DNA from: Paracoccaceae bacterium
GTDB lineage: Bacteria; Pseudomonadota; Alphaproteobacteria; Rhodobacterales; Rhodobacteraceae
Length of the DNA stretch: 64,000 nucleotides
Reading direction: 5' to 3'
NCBI GenBank assembly: GCA_050330995.1
Contig: JBHJHI010000057.1
Coordinates: 1,649 to 65,648 of the forward strand
The notes beneath the pieces were generated by a model. That model was not told the DNA's origin and searched no databases. It saw only the letters and a list, made by a program, of their open reading frames with translations. The position numbers and the translations under genes are program-made. How positions within the stretch are numbered: the first letter of the stretch is position 1; each line of letters begins with the position of its first letter. Below, one piece after another: positions 9,344-19,168 of this stretch.

Positions 9344-10498
9344 TCATGCCGGACCGGCGAGCGCGGCCGCCCATTCCTCGCGCACGGACGCGTCCGGGTC
9401 GTCCGTCCGCGCCCCGGCCTCGGCGGCGAGGCGCTCGGGGCCGAGCAGCCGGCCGAGCGCCCAGGCGGCGTGGCCGCGCACCAGGGCCTCGTCGTCGCGC
9501 GCGAGGCGTCGGGCGGCGTCGGCGAGCCCCGGATCGCCCGAGTTGCCGATCGCGACCGCGACGTTCCTCAGAAAGCGCGCGCGCCCGGTGCGCTTGACCG
9601 GCGACTGCGCGAACAGCGCGCGAAACCCCGCCTCGTCGAGCGTCGCCAGCCGGTCGAGCGGGGGCGCGACCCGGTCGGGCACGGCCGCGTAGGCGTCGTG
9701 GGCGCGGGCGGCGAACTTGTTCCAAGGGCAGACCGCGAGGCAGTCGTCACAGCCGTAGACCCGGTTGCCGATCAGCGGGCGCAGATCGCGCGGGATCGGC
9801 CCCTTCAGCTCGATGGTGAGATAGCTGATGCAGCGCCGCGCATCGAGGCGGTAGGGCGCGGGGAAGGCGTCGGTCGGGCAGACGTCGAGGCAGCGCCGGC
9901 ACGAGCCGCAGCGGTCCGCGTCGGCCGCGTCGGGGGCGAGGTCGAGCGTGGTGAAGATCGCGCCGAGGAAGAACCACGAGCCCAGTTCGCGCGAGACCAG
10001 GTTGGTGTGCTTGCCCTGCCAGCCGAGCCCGGCGGCGGCGGCGAGCGGCTTCTCCATCACCGGCGCGGTGTCGACGAACACCTTGATCTCGGCCGCGTGC
10101 CCGTCCTGTCGGGCGCGCTCGACCAGCCAGCGCCCGAGCCGCTTCAGCCGCTTCTTGACCACGTCGTGATAGTCGCGCCCCTGGGCGTAGACGCTGATCG
10201 CGGCGCGGCCGGAGCGGCGCACCGTCTCCAGCGGATCGTGCTCCGGCGTGTAGGGCTCGGCCAGCATGATCACCGAGCGGCACTCGGGCCAGAGCGTGCG
10301 CGGATCGGCGCGCCAGTCGAGGCGGCCCTCCATCCAGGCCATCTCGCCGTGGCGGCCCTCGGCCACCCAGTCGCGGAGCCGCCGTCCCGCCTCCACCACG
10401 GCCACGGGGCGGCAGAGGCCGACGTCGGCGAAACCGGTGCGGCCGGCCTCGGCGACGAGGGCGGCGCGAAGGGCGGCGGTGTCCCGCGGCGTGCTCAC
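9344..10498 (-). CDS. queG: tRNA epoxyqueuosine(34) reductase QueG
   Basis: [37 protein letters not shown] and [22 protein letters not shown]. The GTG start at 10498 is inferred. Confidence 0.93.
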   Translation of the reverse strand: MSTPRDTAALRAALVAEAGRTGFADVGLCRPVAVVEAGRRLRDWVAEGRHGEMAWMEGRLDWRADPRTLWPECRSVIMLAEPYTPEHDPLETVRRSGRAAISVYAQGRDYHDVVKKRLKRLGRWLVERARQDGHAAEIKVFVDTAPVMEKPLAAAAGLGWQGKHTNLVSRELGSWFFLGAIFTTLDLAPDAADADRCGSCRRCLDVCPTDAFPAPYRLDARRCISYLTIELKGPIPRDLRPLIGNRVYGCDDCLAVCPWNKFAARAHDAYAAVPDRVAPPLDRLATLDEAGFRALFAQSPVKRTGRARFLRNVAVAIGNSGDPGLADAARRLARDDEALVRGHAAWALGRLLGPERLAAEAGARTDDPDASVREEWAAALAGPA

Positions 10499-10539
10499 GC
10501 TCGCGGGCTGGGTGTGGGGACGAGGCGAGGCAATCGGGC

Positions 10540-11382
10540 TCAGGCCTCGTCCAGCACGCCCGTCACCCGCGCGTCCCCGGCCGTGAGCGGGCCGGTCGCA
10601 CGGTCGAGGCGGAGATGCGCGAGCGCCGTGCCGCCCGCCTGGCTGTAGAGCGTGCCGGCGGGCTTGCCCTCGGCGGTCTCGATCGGCGTGCCGGGCGCGG
10701 CCGCGCCCTCGACCGCGACGCGCACGAGGCGCTTCTTCAGCGTGGTCTTGTGGCGCATCCGCGCCGTGACCTCCTGGCCGACGTAGCAGCCCTTGCGGAA
10801 GTCGACCGCGCCGAGGCGGTCGAGCCCGGCCTCCAGCGGGAAGGTGTCCTCGGCCACCAGCTCGACGCCGGTCTCGGGCACGCCGAGCGCCACGCGCCGG
10901 GCGGCGTAGTCCTGCGTCCCGGCCGGCGTCGCCCCGGCGAGCGCGGCGGCGGGGTCGGCGGCGTAGACGCGCAGCCCGAGCGCGGGATGGCGCGGATCGG
11001 CGAGCGCGACGGCCCCGTCGGGCGCCGGGGGCGGCGTCCCGGCGTCGTCGGACCACAGGAGCCCGACGCCGAGGCCGGTGTCGCCGACGAGCCGCGCGTC
11101 GCGGCGCACGCAGTACATCCTGAGCCGGCGCGCGAGGTCGGCGGCGCGATCCGCGGCGACGTCGACCAGCACCTCGCCGTCGCGGCCGAACGGGGCGCCG
11201 TCGAGCAGGAAGAAGTCGAACAGGTACTTGCCCTGCGGCGTCAGCAGCGCGGCGTAGACCGCGCGCCTGGGCGCGAGTGGTGCGAGGTCTGCGGTGACCA
11301 CGTCCTGGAGCACCGCGCGCAGATCGGCCCCCGCCATGGCGAAGACGCCGCGCCCGGCGTCGCTCAGGGCTTTCGTCGCCAT
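10540..11382 (-). CDS. ygfZ: Folate-binding Fe-S cluster repair protein YgfZ
   Basis: LLTPQGK and the signature [13 protein letters not shown]; GGAGGG RBS. Confidence 0.9.
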   Translation of the reverse strand: MATKALSDAGRGVFAMAGADLRAVLQDVVTADLAPLAPRRAVYAALLTPQGKYLFDFFLLDGAPFGRDGEVLVDVAADRAADLARRLRMYCVRRDARLVGDTGLGVGLLWSDDAGTPPPAPDGAVALADPRHPALGLRVYAADPAAALAGATPAGTQDYAARRVALGVPETGVELVAEDTFPLEAGLDRLGAVDFRKGCYVGQEVTARMRHKTTLKKRLVRVAVEGAAAPGTPIETAEGKPAGTLYSQAGGTALAHLRLDRATGPLTAGDARVTGVLDEA

Positions 11383-11580
11383 TCGGCTCCCTCCTTCCGG
11401 GTCGTCGCGCGGCGTGTCCCGATGCGCCCCGCGGGTCGTATCCGCACCGGAGCGGCGGCCGCGCGCCTTGCACGCGGCGCAAGCCCGATCGCCGGGTGCG
11501 TCGCTGGCCGCGTCTCGGGAGATATGCGAAGGGCGCCCCTGCCGAAAGGGCGCCCGGAGAGCCGCGAAGGGAGCCGTCTC

Positions 11581-12822
11581 ATGATCCTGCCCGACGCGGG
11601 CGAGCGCGCCGCGGGGCGCGTGCCGGGGGGGCTGCTCGCCTTCCTCGCGCTGCTCTCCGCGATGGTGGCACTGACGATCGACGCGGTGCTGCCCGCGCTC
11701 GACGCGATCGACCGCGACCTCGGCTTCGCCGATCCGAACGACCGCCAGCTCGTGGTCATGGCGGTGCTGATGGGTCTCGCGCTCGCGCAGGTGGTGGTCG
11801 GGCCGCTCGCCGACGCGTTCGGGCGGCGCACGGTCGCGCTCGGTGGGCTCGGGCTCTACCTCGTCGGCACGCTGCTCGCGCTGTTCGCACCCTCGCCCGA
11901 GGCGCTGATCGCCGGGCGCTTCGTGCAGGGGGTCGGCGCGGCCGGGCCGCGGGTGATGGCGGTCACGATCGCGCGCGATCTCTACGAGGGTCGGCCGATG
12001 GCGCGGGTGGTGAGCCTCGTCAACACGATCTTCATGCTGGTGCCGATGCTGGCCCCGCTCGCGGGGCAGGGGATCGAGGCGTTGGGCGGCTGGCACGCGA
12101 TCTTCGTGCTCTACGCGCTGACGGCGGCGGTCGCTGGGCTCTGGTACCTCGCCGCCGTGCCCGAGACCCTGCCGCCCGAGCGGCGGCGGCGCCTCTCGTT
12201 CGCGGGCCTCGCCGCCGACTACCGCGAGGTGCTGACGACGCGGCGCGCGGTGCTCTGCACCCTGGTGACCGCCTGCGCCTTCGGCGGCTTCACCGCCTAT
12301 CTCGCTTCGGCGCAGCAGATCTTCGAGGAGCTGTACGGTCTCGGGCCGCGCTTCCCGATCGCCTTCGCCGTCCTCGCGGCCGCCTTCTCGCTCGCCTCGG
12401 TGCTGAACGCGCGGCTGGTGATGCGCTTCGGCTCGCGGCCCTTGTCGAGCGCGGCGCTCGTGCTGATGGCGGCGACGGGCGGGCTCGGCGCGGCGCTCTC
12501 GGCCGAGACGGGGGGCGTGCCGCCGCTCTGGGCCGTCATGGCGCTGTTCGCGGTGGTGTTCTTCGCCGTCGCCTCGGTGTTCGCCAACACGATCGCGCTC
12601 GCGACCGAGCCGCTCGGCCACGTCGCCGGCACCGCGACCTCGGTGGTGCTCGCCGGCGCCACCTTCGGCGCCTCGGCGATCGGCACCGTGGTGGCGCGCG
12701 GCTACGACGGGACGGTGACGCCGCTGTTCCTCGCCTTCGCGGTGCTCGGGGCCCTGGGCGCGCTGATCCTCGGCTACATGCGCCGGCGCGAGGCGATCGA
12801 GGCGGGGGCGGCCGCGTCGTGA
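11581..12822 (+). CDS. Bcr/CflA-type (DHA1) MFS multidrug efflux transporter
   Basis: ALTIDAVLPAL, GPLADAFGRR motif A, ARDLYEG, PETLP; about 12 hydrophobic segments. Confidence 0.85.
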   Translation: MILPDAGERAAGRVPGGLLAFLALLSAMVALTIDAVLPALDAIDRDLGFADPNDRQLVVMAVLMGLALAQVVVGPLADAFGRRTVALGGLGLYLVGTLLALFAPSPEALIAGRFVQGVGAAGPRVMAVTIARDLYEGRPMARVVSLVNTIFMLVPMLAPLAGQGIEALGGWHAIFVLYALTAAVAGLWYLAAVPETLPPERRRRLSFAGLAADYREVLTTRRAVLCTLVTACAFGGFTAYLASAQQIFEELYGLGPRFPIAFAVLAAAFSLASVLNARLVMRFGSRPLSSAALVLMAATGGLGAALSAETGGVPPLWAVMALFAVVFFAVASVFANTIALATEPLGHVAGTATSVVLAGATFGASAIGTVVARGYDGTVTPLFLAFAVLGALGALILGYMRRREAIEAGAAAS

Positions 12823-13526
12823 GCGCGCCGGTCTCGGCGGTGGTGCCGACCTGGCAGGCGGCCGGGACCATCGGCCCCTGCCTCGGGCGGCTGGTCGAGG
12901 GCGTGGCCGAGGGGCTGGTGGCCGAGCTGGTCCTGGCCGACGCCGGCTCGGCGGACGCGATCGCCGAGGTGGCCGAGGCGGTCGGCGCCCGCCTCGTGAC
13001 CGCCCCGCGCGGGCGGGGCCGGCAGCTCCGTGCCGGCTGCGCGGCCGCGCGCGGGTCCTGGCTCCTGGTGGTGCACGCCGACACGCGCCTGCCGCCCGGC
13101 TGGCCGGCCGCGGTGCGCGCGCATATCGCCGGCCATCCGCGCGCGGCGGGCTACTTCGGTCTCGCCTTCGACGACGCGAGCTGGCCGGGGCGGCTGGTCG
13201 CGGGCTGGGCGGGCCTGCGCTCTGCGCTGTTCGCGCTGCCCTACGGCGACCAGGGGCTCCTGGTGCCGCGCGCGCTCTACGAGCGCGCCGGCGGCTATCC
13301 CGACACGGCGCTCATGGAGGACGTCGCCCTCGCGCGCGCGATCGTCCGCGCCGAGGGCCGCTGCGCGCTGCGGCGCCTGCCGGGGCGCGTCGTCACCTCG
13401 GCCGAGCGCTACCGGCGCGACGGCTGGCTGCGCCGGGGCGCGCTGAACCTCTCGACGCTGGCGCTCTGGTCGCTCGGCCGCGATCCCGAGCGGCTGGCCG
13501 AGCGCTACCGGCGGGGGCGGCGGTGA
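12819..13526 (+). CDS. TIGR04283-family GT2 glycosyltransferase (arsenosugar-biosynthesis-associated annotation)
   Basis: GTGA overlap; DAGSAD, GRGRQL, VHADT, LPYGDQGL, MEDV, TSAERYRRDGW. Confidence 0.85.
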   Translation: MSAPVSAVVPTWQAAGTIGPCLGRLVEGVAEGLVAELVLADAGSADAIAEVAEAVGARLVTAPRGRGRQLRAGCAAARGSWLLVVHADTRLPPGWPAAVRAHIAGHPRAAGYFGLAFDDASWPGRLVAGWAGLRSALFALPYGDQGLLVPRALYERAGGYPDTALMEDVALARAIVRAEGRCALRRLPGRVVTSAERYRRDGWLRRGALNLSTLALWSLGRDPERLAERYRRGRR

Positions 13527-14143
13527 GGCCGGTCGTGGTCGTCTTCGTCAAGGAGCCGCGGCCCGGGCGGGTCAAGACCCGGCTCGCGCGCATGGTCGGC
13601 CCGGTCGGCGCGGCGTGGTGGTATCGCCATCAGGCGGGGGCGCTGATCCGCCGGCTCGGGGGCGACCCGCGCTGGCGCCTCGCGCTCGCGGTCAGCCCTG
13701 ACGCCGAGGGGATGGCGAGCCGGGTCTGGCCGCGCGGGATCGCGCGGCTGCCGCAGGGCGGCGGCGACCTCGGCCGGCGCATGACCCGCGCGCTCGCACG
13801 CGCGCGCACCCTGACACCGGGGCCGGTCGCGGTGGTGGGCTCGGACGTCCCCGGCCTCGACGGCCGCGCGCTCGCCCGCGCGCTCGACGCGCTGAAAGGA
13901 GCGGACGCGGCCCTCGGCCCGGCGCCGGACGGGGGCTTCTGGTTCCTCGGGCTCGCGCCGGGACGGTGTCTGGCGCCCGACGCGCTCGACGGCGCGCGCT
14001 GGTCGAGCCCGCACGCGCTCGCCGACACCCGCGCAAGGCTCGCGCCGCGCCGCGTCGCGCTCGGACCGATGCTCGCCGACGTCGACGAGGCGGCGGATCT
14101 GCGCGCGCTCGGCCTCGCCGTGCCGACACGCGGCCCGCGCTAG
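13523..14143 (+). CDS. TIGR04282 / DUF2064-family transferase
   Basis: FVKEPRPGRVKTRL, QGGGDLGRRM, GSDVPG, GPAPDGGFW, LADVDEAADL. Confidence 0.85.
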   Translation: MRPVVVVFVKEPRPGRVKTRLARMVGPVGAAWWYRHQAGALIRRLGGDPRWRLALAVSPDAEGMASRVWPRGIARLPQGGGDLGRRMTRALARARTLTPGPVAVVGSDVPGLDGRALARALDALKGADAALGPAPDGGFWFLGLAPGRCLAPDALDGARWSSPHALADTRARLAPRRVALGPMLADVDEAADLRALGLAVPTRGPR

Positions 14144-14364
14144 GGCGCCGTCCGATCCGACGCGATCGGGTCCGGTGGCGCTCCTGCCCCCGCGCGTCTC
14201 CGCGGCGTCCGAGCCTTCCGCTCGGACAGAGCGAGGGCCGTGGTGGACCCGCCGCGCCAAGCGGCCGTCGGTCCCGCGGAACGCGATCGGCGGACGCGGC
14301 GCCGTCGGCGGCCCGTCCGATCGCCGGACCGGGACCCCGGCGGCCGCCTTCCGGTCGGCCGGGC

Positions 14365-14961
14365 TCAGCCCGCCTCGCCGATGCGGATGCGCGCGACCCC
14401 GGTCTCGGCGAAGGCGCCGATCATGTCGGAGAGCGTCTCGACCGGGGCCGAGCCGAAGTCCACCTCGAAGCGCCAGCCGTAGGGCGTGGTCTCGGGGCCG
14501 GCGAGGCTGTGCAGCGCGCCGTCGAGGTCGGGCGCCTCGTCGGAGAAGCGGCTCTGGAACCATTCGAGGAACCAGCGTCTGAGCGGCGTCCAGCTCGGCT
14601 CGGCCTCCAGCGCCCCCGCCTCGACCGAGACCGCGGCCGCGTCCCAGCGGAACGGCGCGATCACGCAGACGAAGCCGGAGGGTTCGACCAGGGTGACGGG
14701 CTCGAACGGCAGCGTGGTGCCCGAGCGGAGCTGGCGCGTGAGATCGGGCGCGCCGGCGCGCTGGACCAGCAGATCGCCGCGGCGCGGCAGCGCGAGGCGA
14801 CCCTCGCGCACGATGCCCCCCTGCGGCGTGCGCCATTCGGGCTCGGGGCGCACGTCGAGACCGCGATCGAGGCTGCGCGCCATCGATTCGAGGATCTCGG
14901 CCACGGCGACGTCGCGGACCGGTTCGAGCACGTCCATCAGGCGCGCGTCGAGGCGGTTCAT
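14365..14961 (-). CDS. Conserved hypothetical protein
   Basis: GGAG RBS; ATG immediately after the DUF1489 stop; C-terminal WFLEWFQSRF...DFGSAPV motif; normal codon bias. Confidence 0.65.
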   Translation of the reverse strand: MNRLDARLMDVLEPVRDVAVAEILESMARSLDRGLDVRPEPEWRTPQGGIVREGRLALPRRGDLLVQRAGAPDLTRQLRSGTTLPFEPVTLVEPSGFVCVIAPFRWDAAAVSVEAGALEAEPSWTPLRRWFLEWFQSRFSDEAPDLDGALHSLAGPETTPYGWRFEVDFGSAPVETLSDMIGAFAETGVARIRIGEAG

Positions 14962-14962
14962 C

Positions 14963-15472
14963 TCAACTCCTTCCGGCGCGCACGCCGAGCGCATCGAGCG
15001 CCGCTTCCAGCGCGTGCGGCAGGTCGTTTCTCGTCTCTCCCCGGTCCTCCGCCCGCCCCTCGGGCCGCCACGGGCCGAGGTCGGCCGGCGCGTCGGCCGG
15101 ATCGAGGTAGCGCCAGCCCTGGAACGCCTTGCGCGGCCGGCTCGCCACCCGCACGAGCGCGGGCTCGAGCACGATCGCGCAGCGGACGATCCCGTCCTCG
15201 CCGCGCGCCTCCTCGAAGGCCGCGATCGGCTGGCGCACCACGATGGCGCCGCCGATCACCCAATAGAGCGAGCCCTGCGGGCCGTCGGCCGGCAGGATCT
15301 CGGTCGCGCGCCGAGGCCACTGACGCGTCACGTGCCGTGGCTTCGGATCGAGGCCGGCCCGTTCGCGCTTCGCCGCCACGCTCGCCTGCCATGCCGCGAG
15401 TTCCCCGATCGTGTCGGCACCGACACACAGCTTCAAGAGCCCCAGGACTGACGGTTGGGCGACGTTCTCCAT
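14963..15472 (-). CDS. DUF1489 family protein
   Basis: LLKLCVG, RHVTRQWPRR, GSLYWVI, KAFQGWRYL. Confidence 0.85.
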   Translation of the reverse strand: MENVAQPSVLGLLKLCVGADTIGELAAWQASVAAKRERAGLDPKPRHVTRQWPRRATEILPADGPQGSLYWVIGGAIVVRQPIAAFEEARGEDGIVRCAIVLEPALVRVASRPRKAFQGWRYLDPADAPADLGPWRPEGRAEDRGETRNDLPHALEAALDALGVRAGRS

Positions 15473-15551
15473 GGTGACCGGCCCTTTGTCGGAAACATAA
15501 GCGATGGCGCCCCTGCCGACAGGCGCGCTTTTGAAACCAACCGACTGGATT

Positions 15552-16373
15552 CTAAAGGCCGAGCACGTCGCGCATCGCGTAGTGGCCCGGACCGCGGCTC
15601 GCGCCCCAACGCGCCGCGGCCAGCGCGCCGCGAGCGAAGAGCATCCGGTCGGTGGCGACGTGCGCGAGTTCGAGCCGCTCGCCCTCGCCCGCGAGGACCA
15701 CCCGGTGCTCGCCGACCACGTCGCCGCCGCGCAGCGACTGCATCCCGATCGCGCCGTCGGGCCGCGCGCCGGTGTGGCCCTCGCGCGCGCCCACCGCCCG
15801 CTCCGCGAGCGTCGTGCCCCGCGCCCGCGCCGCCGCTTCGCCGAGCATCAGCGCCGTGCCCGAGGGGGCGTCCACCTTGTGGCGGTGGTGCATCTCGACG
15901 ATCTCGACGTCGAAACCCGGCCCGAGGGCGGCGACCGCGCGCTCGACCAGCGCCACGAGCAGGTTGACGCCGAGCGCCATGTTGCCCGCGCGCACGATCG
16001 TCGCGTGGCGTGCCGCGGCGTCGAGGCGGGCGAGGTCGTCGTCCGAGAAGCCGGTGGTGCCGATCACGTGGACGCGCCGCGCCTGCGCGGCGAGCGCGGC
16101 GTGCTCGACCGTCGCGGCGGGCACGGTGAAGTCGAGCACGGCGCGGGTGCGGGCGAAGACGGGCAGGGGGTCGTCCTCGATCGTCACGCCGAGGGGGGAG
16201 AGCCCCGCGGCCTCGCCCGCGTCGCGCCCGAGCGCCGCCGATCCGGGCTCGGCGGTGGCGCCGGACAGGCGACAGTCCTCCGCCTCGGCCACCGCGCGCA
16301 CGAGCATCCGGCCCATGCGGCCCGCGGCGCCGACGACGGCGATGTCGAGAGGAGCGTCGGGGGTGTCGCTCAT
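15552..16373 (-). CDS. dapB: 4-hydroxy-tetrahydrodipicolinate reductase
   Basis: [36 protein letters not shown]. Confidence 0.95.
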   Translation of the reverse strand: MSDTPDAPLDIAVVGAAGRMGRMLVRAVAEAEDCRLSGATAEPGSAALGRDAGEAAGLSPLGVTIEDDPLPVFARTRAVLDFTVPAATVEHAALAAQARRVHVIGTTGFSDDDLARLDAAARHATIVRAGNMALGVNLLVALVERAVAALGPGFDVEIVEMHHRHKVDAPSGTALMLGEAAARARGTTLAERAVGAREGHTGARPDGAIGMQSLRGGDVVGEHRVVLAGEGERLELAHVATDRMLFARGALAAARWGASRGPGHYAMRDVLGL

Positions 16374-16654
16374 GCGGGCGGTCCTTCTGGAGACGTCGAG
16401 GCGAGCCGGCGCCGACCATGCCGAGCCGGGGCCGCGGCGCAAGCCCGGCGTCACCCTTCCCGGCGACTGCGGCGCCGGGGCACGGGTCCCGGCGGGCCGG
16501 TCCGGGCGTCGCGCTCTCGCGAGCGGCCGGACGCGCCGTCTCTCGGCGCCTTGCGACGCGAACCGACCGGCGCCCGCGGCCCTTGCCGAGGCCGGGGCGA
16601 AACGCTCTAAGGAAGGCCCGCGTCGGCCGCACGTCCCCCGCGAAAGGAACGAGC

Positions 16655-17551
16655 ATGACCTTCACGCGCCGCCGCTTTCTCGCCGCCACCGCCGCGGGCC
16701 TCGCCGTCGCGCCTGCCGACGCGGCCGAGGCCGTGCGCACCGTGCCGCGCACTGGCGCGAGGGTGCCGCTCGTCGGCCTCGGCACCTGGATCACCTTCAA
16801 CGTCGGGCGCGACCCGGACCTGCTCGCGCGCTCGACCGCGGTGATGCGCGCCTTCTTCGAGGAGGGCGGCGGGCTGATCGATTCGTCGCCCATGTACGGC
16901 ACGTCGCAGAACACCCTCGGCCACGGCCTCGCGGAACTCGGCTACCCGAAGAGCCTGATCGCGGCCGACAAGGTCTGGACCTCCGGCGTGTCCGGCGGTC
17001 CCGCCCAGGTCGCCGAGAGCCGGCGCGACTGGGGCGTCGACGCCTTCGACGTGCTCCAGGTCCACAACCTCGTCGCCTGGGAGGGCCATCTCGACCGGCT
17101 GCTGGAGCGCCGCGAGGCCGGCGAGATCGGCCACGTCGGCGTGACCACCTCGCACGGCCGGCGCCATGCCGAGCTCGAGCGGATCATGCGCACGCGCCCG
17201 ATCGACGTCGTCCAGCTCACCTACAACGTCGCCGACCGCGCGCCGGAGGCGCGGCTGTTGCCGCTCGCGCGCGAGCGCGGCATCGGCGTGATCGTGAACC
17301 GCCCCTACCGCCGCGGCGCGCTGATCGAGCGCTTCCGGGGCGAGCCCCTGCCGGGCTTCGCCGCCGAGATCGGGGCCGCGAGCTGGGCGCAGTTCCTGCT
17401 GAAGTTCGTGGTCTCCCACCCGGACGTCACGGTCGCGATCCCCGCGACCACCAGCCCCGAGCACCTGCGCGAGAACAAGGCGGCCGCGCGCGGGCCGCTG
17501 CCCGACGACGCGATGCGTGCGCGCATGGCCGCTTACGTGGAGAGCCTCTGA
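16655..17551 (+). CDS. Aldo/keto reductase with twin-arginine signal
   Basis: MTFTRRRFL Tat-like motif; [37 protein letters not shown]. Confidence 0.85.
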   Translation: MTFTRRRFLAATAAGLAVAPADAAEAVRTVPRTGARVPLVGLGTWITFNVGRDPDLLARSTAVMRAFFEEGGGLIDSSPMYGTSQNTLGHGLAELGYPKSLIAADKVWTSGVSGGPAQVAESRRDWGVDAFDVLQVHNLVAWEGHLDRLLERREAGEIGHVGVTTSHGRRHAELERIMRTRPIDVVQLTYNVADRAPEARLLPLARERGIGVIVNRPYRRGALIERFRGEPLPGFAAEIGAASWAQFLLKFVVSHPDVTVAIPATTSPEHLRENKAAARGPLPDDAMRARMAAYVESL

Positions 17552-17552
17552 C

Positions 17553-18257
17553 ATGGGCGAGACCCTGAGCTACAGCTTGGCCGACCTGATCGCCTATCCG
17601 CCGGAGGCGTACTGGAGCCTGTTCGAGCGGGCCAACGCGCTCGCCTGGCCGGTGGCGCTGGTGCTGTCGATGCTGACGGGGATCGCCTGGGCGCTCTCGG
17701 TCGACGGGCGCGAGGGGGCGGGGCGGCTCGCCGGCGTGGTGCTCGGCTTCGCCTGGGTGACGGTGGCGATGATCTTCGTGCTCGGGCGCTACGAGGCGAT
17801 CAACTGGGCGGCGATCTATCTGATGCCGGTGTTCCTGGCGCAGGCGATCCTGGTCGGCGGCCTCGGCGCGGCGGGCTGGCTCTCGGTCGAGCCGGGCGGG
17901 CGCGCGGGCCTCGTCGCGAGCTTTCTGGTGCTCGCCGCCGTGCTGGTCTGGCCGATCCTGGCGGCGGTGTTCGGGCGCACGCTCGAGACCGCGCAGGTGT
18001 TCGCCATCTCTCCGGACGCGACCGCGGTGGCCACGCTCGGCTTCGTCTCGGTCGCCGACCGGCGCTGGGTGCGCCTGCTGCTCGCCGCCATCCCGATGCT
18101 CTGGCTGGCGCTGAGCGCGACGACCCTGCTGACGCTGGAGCTGGCGCAGGGCTGGGTGCTGGTCGTCGCGATGGTGCTGGCCACCCTGGCGCTGTCCTGG
18201 CGCAAGAGGCGGCCGGGAGCGGGGATCGACGTCGGCGGCGTCGAGGTGCCGGTCTGA
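17553..18257 (+). CDS. DUF6064-like integral membrane protein
   Basis: Multi-pass hydrophobic; YWSLFERAN, INWAA and PDATAVATLG motifs; starts 1 nt after the AKR stop. Confidence 0.65.
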   Translation: MGETLSYSLADLIAYPPEAYWSLFERANALAWPVALVLSMLTGIAWALSVDGREGAGRLAGVVLGFAWVTVAMIFVLGRYEAINWAAIYLMPVFLAQAILVGGLGAAGWLSVEPGGRAGLVASFLVLAAVLVWPILAAVFGRTLETAQVFAISPDATAVATLGFVSVADRRWVRLLLAAIPMLWLALSATTLLTLELAQGWVLVVAMVLATLALSWRKRRPGAGIDVGGVEVPV

Positions 18258-19168
18258 AGCGCGCGGGAGATCTCCGGACGAGGGCCGAGGACGTGCCCGG
18301 CGTCGGCTGACGCAGGGTATCCGGCGCTCGCTCGTCGGCTATAGGAGGCCGGAAGGAGCGTCGTTCGCACGCCCCGACGGGACGATAGCGGCGCGCTGCG
18401 GGCCGGGGTGCCAACCTTGCCGGAGGCGCGCGTCGACGAACATCGGGCATGGCGGCGTGGAGCCCCCGCCTGCGCTCGCCGGCCGATCCCGGCCTGGTCC
18501 GGTGGACCCTCCCCCGTCACGCGCGGACCAGGTACGAGGGCGATGGGGTGGTCCGGGTTTCGGCGGGCTACCATCGGGTCGGAAACCGCCTGCACGGCCC
18601 CGGTCGTCTCGGATGGCCGAGCCCGCTCGGCGTGGAGCCGCCATCGCTCGCGGGACTGCGGAGCTCGCGCGCTCCGCCCGCCTGTCCCGCACGTCGTGGC
18701 CCGATCGCGCGGGTGGGCGCGACGACGGAGGCGAGTGACGAGGGCCGCGATCCGAGGGCGGCTCGGGTCGCCCGAGGTCCTGCGTCTCGGCGCCGTCGAG
18801 CCGCCTGACCCACGGCCCGGGCGACCTCGGTTTGCCGGACGAGGACGAGGTGCTGGACGCTTGCCGCGCGCGCCGGCCGTGGCGGCGTCGCCGACCGACG
18901 CTTCCTCCTCGCCTCGTCGCTGTCTCGCCCCGCCGTGATCCCGCCGGGCGTTGCCGTGCGCAAGCCTTCTCGCCGAGACAGGGCGACGGATCGCCGGGAC
19001 CGGAACGGCGGACCGAGCGTGAGCCTTGGCGATCCGCCGGACGCGCTTGGTCCCGACGAGCGGGATTATATCCCGCGTTTCTTGCGGCGTTCCCGAGCGC
19101 GTTCCATAGTCGGCAGTGAGGCTGGCTGCCGCCGACGACGGGTGCGGCGCGGGCGAGGAGGCACAGCG

